64,000 bases of DNA from Eledone cirrhosa (lineage: Eukaryota). Of this stretch, positions 57,051 to 64,000 are shown piece after piece. Below the pieces are notes generated by a model that did no database searches, was not told the origin of the DNA, and saw nothing but the letters and a program-made list of their open reading frames with translations. The translations under genes were made by a program, and so were the position numbers. The DNA lies in NCBI GenBank assembly GCA_964016885.1, contig CAXHJY010001140.1, positions 1 to 64,000 on the forward strand. The letters are read 5' to 3'. Numbering within the stretch: the stretch's first letter is position 1; each line of letters starts with the position of its first letter.

Positions 57051-57298
57051 AATATGGTTTTATAAATATAGTTTCCATTTATTTAATATCGTATATATTT
57101 ATATATATGCGTGTGTGTGAGTGTGTGTCGGTGTAAGTGTGTACACATAGGTGAGAGGGTGTACACGCATGCGTGAACACCGCTCTCATATACATATACA
57201 CACATATTTTTATACATAGACGCATGCGTGAATATATAAAAAAACGTGTATATGTATATATATACATATATATATATATATAATATATACATATATAT

Positions 57299-57343
<45 letters not shown>

Positions 57344-57347
57344 TATA

Positions 57348-57537
57348 TAATTGTTTCTACTTTTAGGCACAAGGCCAGCAATTACCCAGTGTATTACTGG
57401 TACTTTATTTTATCGACCCTGTAAGGATGAAAGGCAAAGTCAACCTCGGCGGGATTTGAACTCAGATCGTAAAGGGACGTAACTATGCTGGAACGCATGG
57501 CGTCCGACTCTCTACCGATACTGCCAATCCACCGCCC
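57348..57537 (-). mobile_element. tRNA-derived SINE, full length
   Basis: Head ggcggtggattggcagtatcgg (A box), gagttcaaatcc (B box), central domain and AT-rich tail. Confidence 0.92.
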
Positions 57538-57640
57538 TATATATATAATATATATATATAATATATATATATATTATATATATATATATATATGTACAGA
57601 GATATATATACACAGATATATATACACACACAGATATATA

Positions 57641-57687
<47 letters not shown>

Positions 57688-57705
57688 TATATATATAATT
57701 ATATA

Positions 57706-57789
57706 TAAAGGAAGTCCCAAAAAGTGTATACACAATTCAACACCATTCTAATCAAAGTGTGTATATATTTTTTGTGGACATCATATTTA
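57706..57789. mobile_element. Degenerate Tc1/mariner-type MITE
   Basis: Imperfect TIRs gtcccaaaaagtgtatacaca / tgtgtatatattttttgtggac flanked by TA. Confidence 0.5.
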
Positions 57790-58989
57790 TATATATACAT
57801 ATATCTGTGTGTGAGAGTGTGTGTGTGTGTGTGTGTATGTGTGTGTTTGTGTTTGCGTGTTTGTGTGTATGTGTGTGTCTGTGTGTGTGTGTTATGGTGC
57901 TGCATTTGTATTATTTATTTTTCAGAACGTGACTTAAAACGAGGAAGAATAATCTGGGCGGCAAATATATTAATCAATAACAAAAAATATCAAATCAGTC
58001 ACAGCGGGATCAACAAAAATGATATCAGGAACAACAAAATCGTTAAAAGATTGTATGGCAACAACAAAGCAAATATTTCGAAGGATCAATAAAGCATACG
58101 AAACTGCCTCTGATCTGCCATAAATAATGTCCGATATACATGTGGATATGCGTGTTGTTCCGTATTGAATTACAATTAGTGTTCAGCCTCTATTGACACA
58201 AGTCAATGCGGCATCTCTCTTCATGTCTTTAACTCCCTATGTCTTATAATCAGGCTACTTAACACGTTCACATACATTGACGTAAACACGCAACCCACTC
58301 ATGTACGCACGCATTCAGCAAATTTGGTGATAAATAAAATTGTATAATATATTCCTCCAGATTTTCATAATTTAACTTCGTCCACTAATGAGATATTTGC
58401 ATTTTTAATGTTTTTGTGTATTAGTCTTGAACTCTAATATATACATAGTACTTCTATGTTGACGATGATTTCATCAAAACGATTAGTCTATTACATACTA
58501 TTTACAACAGAAACAGTAACAATATCATTGACCTTAAGAATACTATCTTCATGGATAGAAATGTGAAATAAACAAAGGACGATCCTAACATAAGTAAATG
58601 AGACGAACATATCAGACAAACACTAAGACTTGTCCATCACAGAGCCTACTTTGTCAGCACCACTTCAAGAAATACCAACATGTCAGACATTAACAGACAT
58701 TGAACGAATTCATGCAGGAGAAAGATTTAGCTTTCTCAGTATCTAGTGCCACATACTATCAATTTTAACACACATTTGCATTGCGAGGGTAGACGTTCCA
58801 CCGATCAGACTACCAAGTTCTTATAGTAATGTGATTAGCCTGTAAGATTACGGAACCTAAATAAAGCTAGAGGAATGTTGACGCAAAAGGTTTCACAGAA
58901 CGTATCAGGGAACTACACACTTTTGTCTTCATTGTCACAATGATGTTGAAACAGTTCTGGTTTCATAGCCTCGACGTGTGTCAACGCCT

Positions 58990-60090
58990 CAGAGAGATCT
59001 CTCGTTGTGCAAAAGTAATTTGACCGCATGAGCAGTGGAACCTGTCTCCTTCACATGAAGTTGTTTCTTAGGACAAGGTACGATGGTTAAGTGAAAATCA
59101 TTACTGACGCTAATGTTAGCCATTCCTACACGACCTCTCATGTTCACATTTTTGCAAGACCATTTCTTTTGAGGTTTCATTCACCGTATAGAGCGACAAT
59201 TAAAATAAATTACCTAGAACATCACTTAAAAGATAGAATCTACTGCTGACCAATATGGATGGGATTGTTACTTTTTGTGGAGATGTGACAATATCCCTAC
59301 TTGTGTGCCCAAGTTACAACGTTATATTTTAAAACTGTAATAGTGACCGGTACTAAGACGCTAAAGTAAAGCTCATAAGTAGACTCCACGCAACAATGGA
59401 CAAGCGCCTACCAATCTTGCAATTATTTCCGCCTGCTTGCTGCATGTCATCATGGAAGCGGTCACTGGCAAGGCCTCTTGTGTGGATGAAATGCGACCCG
59501 ATATGGGAAAAAGATTAAATAGATAATATATTTATTGGCTGACTCCTGTGTGCCAGGTAGCCTGGACCTCTAAAAATTCTCCAAACAATGATAATAGAGA
59601 GTCATAATACCAACGAACAAAACTGAGTGTCAAAAAGATATACGCACATTGTCGAGTCCAAGCTAGCTGCCGAACTATCATCCTTCATGTAACAGGTTAA
59701 CATTCGCAGTCCTATTGGAATTGATGGTATCAGAACTGGAAAATGTATGATCAGTCGGTTGGAATTTGCAGACAGCATGGTACTACGTACCTCGACGTAT
59801 GGTTATCACGGACATGCATTTGATAGGTTTCATGTCGAGTTCTGCACCACGTGAATGGAAATGTCTTTTCAAAGACTCCTTCAGTGTGCAGCGTACGTTT
59901 GAGTGAAGTTTCAGTGGAACAGGAGAATATTAGGTCTTTCAGGGCCGTTGTTTTCAGTACATCTGAGAGATGTTTACCTAATTTTTCCAGTAATTCACAA
60001 CTATGTTCTAGCGTTCCAGTAGACGATAGGATTAGACTCTTGATTTCAGTAGTTCAACAGCTCTCAGAACACAGTGGGAAAACGTTTGCG
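58990..60090 (-). pseudogene. Very old L1/Tx1-like ORF2 relic
   Basis: QKKWSCKNVNMRGRVGMANISVSNDFHLTIVPCP resembles QKWAERKLSLKGRAEVANAYIASVIYYRLTVVPCP of the young element. Weak APE-like pieces (WNA, LKDLI, FTW, TDH) upstream. Confidence 0.55.
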
Positions 60091-60644
60091 GAAAACCTTT
60101 CCTATTTTTATTAGTAAATAATACGCTAACATACAGGTTTCGTTGTTGAACATATTTTGTATATTTTGGGATGCTGGCGTTCAGCCATCCACGCCGTTTT
60201 CATGATTTCTGTGCTACATGAGACACGAAGATACCAATTTTTTATATCTTATTGAAATTTGTAGATTATATATGTAACCACCTACATTTCCTTTTGTTGG
60301 TTTTATTTTCTTATATTGTCGGCCTAAACAGTTCATCGGCTGAACACGATACTCCTAAAGAATAATCAAATAAGCTTTATTTTTCAACGTAGACTTTTGA
60401 GAAAAATAATACAGTTATTAAGGAGGAGAGTTGAAGGCTAATTCAAGCAAGTTTTCACAGCATTGGCAAGGCTCATTCACGATCAGCCTATCACCTTTTC
60501 AGCAGAGCCTCGTATATATATATATACTCACACATATATCTATATATATATAGATAGATAAGTTTATCTCCGGTTGAATCGGTGGAAACTACAGTAAGTA
60601 AGGTACACAATACAAAGCAGAGTATAAATATTTAATGTAGAAAG

Positions 60645-60693
60645 GCTTCTAGAGTACTAGAACTGTTTCATTCCGGAGAATTCATGAGGAAGC
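60645..60693 (-). ncRNA. Type I hammerhead with point mutations, inside a small foldback
   Basis: gcttc-CTCATGA-attc-tccg-gaat-GAAA-cagt-tctagt-actc-TA-gaagc. The adjacent inverted stub keeps the unmutated CTGATGA (60697-60703). Confidence 0.65.
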
Positions 60694-60711
60694 TTCCTGA
60701 TGATTTCTACA

Positions 60712-60768
<57 letters not shown>

Positions 60769-60816
60769 TACACACACACACACACACATACATACATACA
60801 CATATATATATATATC

Positions 60817-61250
60817 CAGGGGTGTAACTTGAGTTACTGCAGGTTCACCCGGGAGAGCACTCGATGTTTAGGTTCACTTCTGTGATGAGGTGTAGAGCTA
60901 CACAGAGTGTAAAACATTGTTTACCGGTGCAATGTCAAAGCCGGCAATAAAAAGTACTCATATATCGGTGCGACGTCCACTACGTTTAAGGAGGGTTGAT
61001 ATAACCATAGAAGCTCCTTTAAACATAGACTGAAACGATCCCAAACCAGACTGGCCGATTTGATCTAGGACCTCAAGGACAGGAACATCGAACCCCAGAT
61101 CTCGTGGTCATTGAAAAGACGCGAGCCGCAACTCCCCAGTGACAGAAACCACTGCAGGTTAAATAATTAAATTAATATCTGCCATAAACTATAGGTCGGA
61201 CATAATTGTCAATTGCAGACACACCAGGCTGAACACATTTTCCGCACAAA
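60817..61250 (+). pseudogene. PLE GIY-YIG remnant 4 (not in the ORF track)
   Basis: NIVYRCNVKAGNKKYSYIGATSTTFKEG*YNHRSSFKH..QTRLADLI*DLKDRNIEPQISWS..HCRL, then INYRSDIIVNCRH. Confidence 0.88.
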
Positions 61251-62138
61251 CATTCCGGGGAGGGCCGCACACTAACCATGACCCAGCTTAATAATAACCA
61301 CTCTGCCCCGCTGACCATCGCCCATCTCAGTGAATTTATTTTATTGTATTGCATGTAACCATTTGTAAGCCCGTATTTTGTATATCATGCCGCATACATC
61401 ATCCCCACCAAAAATCACATTGCAATACACCCCTCATCGTTGAAACATTGTGTTCTATCTCTCCTCTCTGTCAGGTTTTAGCTTGCAAACCATTGTAACA
61501 TCTGATCCTGTAAATATAATGTCGATCATATCACACCATCTCCACCACCACCACAGCACACATCGTCATATGTCTACCATCTACACCCGCAACCTTATTC
61601 CCCCATGTTCCCTCTGTCTACCCTAACCCACAACCCCACGCTAAATTCGACCCTGTAAATGTACTGTCGAACACACCACCACCGCCACCACTAGATACAT
61701 CCACATACTTCAACAATCATTATCATTAACATCATCAACACATATCATCCCTCACTCCCATATCGACTATGTTATATTCGCCCTCCGTCTGCCTTACCCT
61801 GTAACCCACCGTAACATCTGATCATGTAATCAGCACCACCACCACCACCATGACCACAACACACATCGCTATACGTCCATAAACTTTTTTTCCCCCCGCG
61901 TTCCCTTTTAATGTCACCTTTTAACCTATAACCCATCGTATTATTCGATCCTGTATATTTTTGTCGCTCACAACTCCACCACCACCACCACAAGACACAC
62001 CTCCATACCTCAACATCCATTAACTTCATCAACACCGCCAACACATACCTTCCCTCTCGAACAAACGCAAGTGTGTGCGTATGTGTGTAAGTATATTTGT
62101 ATATATATGTGCGTAAACATATATGTATATGTATGTAT

Positions 62139-62176
<38 letters not shown>

Positions 62177-63003
62177 GTATATATATATGTATATATATAT
62201 GTAGGTATGTATGTATGTGTGTGTATGTGTATGTTTATGTATACGTGTGTGTACGTTTATGTGTGCATATCCGTATGTGTGTGTGTGTGTATGTATGTGT
62301 ATGTTTATATGTACAACACCATCTCCATTGACTCTCACCTTCCCTCTATCTTTGTTCTACGTCACCCCCCCCCCCACGGATACCCCCAACAATCTACACG
62401 CGTGCATGCACATACATGTGTGTATATATGCATATAGATATATGTATGTGTTCATCTATGTGGGTTATAAGTGTGTACCTATGAATATATATCAGTATAT
62501 ATGCGCATGTATATATATATACAATGTATTTGTCAGACTATGAGTGTCTAGGTATGTATCTCCCCATGGACTCGACACCACCAACACATCCACCACACGA
62601 CCACAAACACCACTACCATAAACAACAACACCACAACCACACCTCACGGACGCCAACCCGTCTACCGATAACCCACTACCACCACACCACAGCCCATCGC
62701 AGTCAGCGACCGTCACCAACATATTATCATCATATCCACCCTCACATACACTACAGGCCAGTACATCCCTTTGATCCTTCCCACCAATCAAAACAACTCA
62801 TATTGTCAAACTCTTGAACTTATGTCTTGACCACACAACATGTATTTCATTTTCTTATAGTATTTTAAAGGATCCGTCGAGCTGCCGATCATTGAGTGGG
62901 GTAGGATCGATACAGATCGAACCTTGAGCTGATCAGTGGCGAAACACGCGTCACCTATCAATAAATTGAATGAAGGAGTAACCAATCGTCATTGTTATCC
63001 TTT

Positions 63004-63006
<3 letters not shown>
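61251..63006 (+). mobile_element. Probable 3'UTR/pLTR of remnant 4, with internal C-rich repeats and a hammerhead relic at 62869-62956
   Basis: ccgtcga-gctgccgatca...tgatcagtggc-GAAA-c-acgc-g-TC-acct about 50 bp before the (TA)n junction. Confidence 0.55.
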
Positions 63007-63058
<52 letters not shown>

Positions 63059-63094
63059 GATCCGAAGGCACGGTATAAATTTCCAATCATTTTA

Positions 63095-63156
63095 ATCACG
63101 ACACATGTTTCAATAAGGGATAGATCGATCGATTATCACTGATCTCATCAGGTGAA
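63095..63156 (-). ncRNA. Type I hammerhead ribozyme, left arm
   Basis: tcac-CTGATGA-gatcagtgata..tatcccttatt-GAAA-c-atgt-g-TC-gtga. Confidence 0.75.
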
Positions 63157-63474
63157 TAATGAAATGTCTTCAAATCTTTGATATAAGGGTGGAAAAACTA
63201 ACGATGTTCACTCGCTAGAGTTTTGTTCGGTGTGTGTGAGTGTGTGTGTACTCACTAACACTAATTGTGACCGAGCAAAATTCTACAGATCTGATGCTGT
63301 CCAGGGTCTTTTACAGCTATTGAGAGATAGGGACTTGATAGATTTATGACGCTGACTGAAGACGATAGTAGTTGGCGTGTTTGGCTGCTGATTATTCATA
63401 TGGATACAAAACTCTGTGAGTGAACATCGTTAGTTTTGTCTCCCTCAAATCAAATATTTGAAGAGTTTTCATAA

Positions 63475-63550
63475 TTCATCTGATGAGTTCAGTGATAATC
63501 GATCATGACCACACGATCGATCTATCCCTTATTGAAACATGTGTCGTGAT
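63475..63550 (+). ncRNA. Type I hammerhead ribozyme, right arm
   Basis: tcat-CTGATGA(63480-86)-g..gata-atcgatc/gatcgat-c-tatc..t-GAAA(63534-37)-c-atgt-g-TC(63545)-gtga. Confidence 0.75.
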
Positions 63551-63735
63551 TAAAATGATTGGAAATATATACCATGCCTTCGGATCTTTATTTTGATACA
63601 AATACTCCGTTATACTTCATCTAGCTGTTCCCATAAATGGAATTGGAGATATACAGAATCGTGGAGAACTTAATATTGCTAACAAAAGTTTATTGGACCG
63701 TATGACACAACCAATAATGCACATTACTATATAGC

Positions 63736-63804
<69 letters not shown>

Positions 63805-63955
63805 CAAGATGTATGGTAGGTCGTATTTGAATCGCGATGATCACGTCTGACCTACCAAATATGCGACGGTAGCTAGTTAAGCTCTATGCGTATAAGCAGA
63901 GCAGAAATATTAATGATAAAGAACAAAGGAACTATTATGACATTATAACAAGTTT

Positions 63956-64000
63956 ATTGCCGACAGCCGTTTCGTCCGACCATATGGTGGGACTTTTCAA
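63956..64000 (-). ncRNA. Type I hammerhead truncated by the window edge, apparent U3-A8 core variant
   Basis: Minus strand TTGAAAA-gtcc-caccatatggtc-ggac-GAAA-c-ggct-g-TC-ggcaat; the 5' strand of P1 lies outside the window. Confidence 0.6.

Larger units (their letters stand above)
63053..63739. mobile_element. PLE-like family E inverted pair (63053-63226 / 63406-63592) with ~147 bp tail, in (TA)n
   Basis: Arms are reverse complements and each carries a hammerhead. Confidence 0.88.

Overview
AT-rich, microsatellite-dense eukaryotic DNA, intergenic or intronic, with no host gene exon I can support. The SINE sequences and repeat landscape suggest an octopus or other coleoid cephalopod (inference). 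The largest elements are a near-intact 5.8 kb Tx1-type (L1 clade) LINE at 31.8-37.6 kb, followed directly by a frameshifted RTE LINE with three C-terminal C2H2 fingers (37.7-41.2 kb). There are also older Tx1, RTE, R4/Dong and Helitron relics, several tRNA-derived SINEs (two with 18-bp TSDs) and a near-perfect 2.8 kb tandem duplication (25.2-30.8 kb). The most striking signal is absent from the ORF track. The window holds many Penelope-like (PLE) terminal repeats from several unrelated families, nearly all inside (TA)n tracts. About ten carry recognisable type I hammerhead ribozyme folds (some intact, some with variant cores), and four carry GIY-YIG endonuclease remnants. They follow a recurring rule: two 3' ends face outward as an inverted pair, one arm running to the element's terminus and the other stopping at a fixed internal TA-rich point just downstream of the ribozyme. 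This produces palindromes of 60-700 bp. All folds and alignments were made by eye, and coordinates of degenerate elements are approximate.
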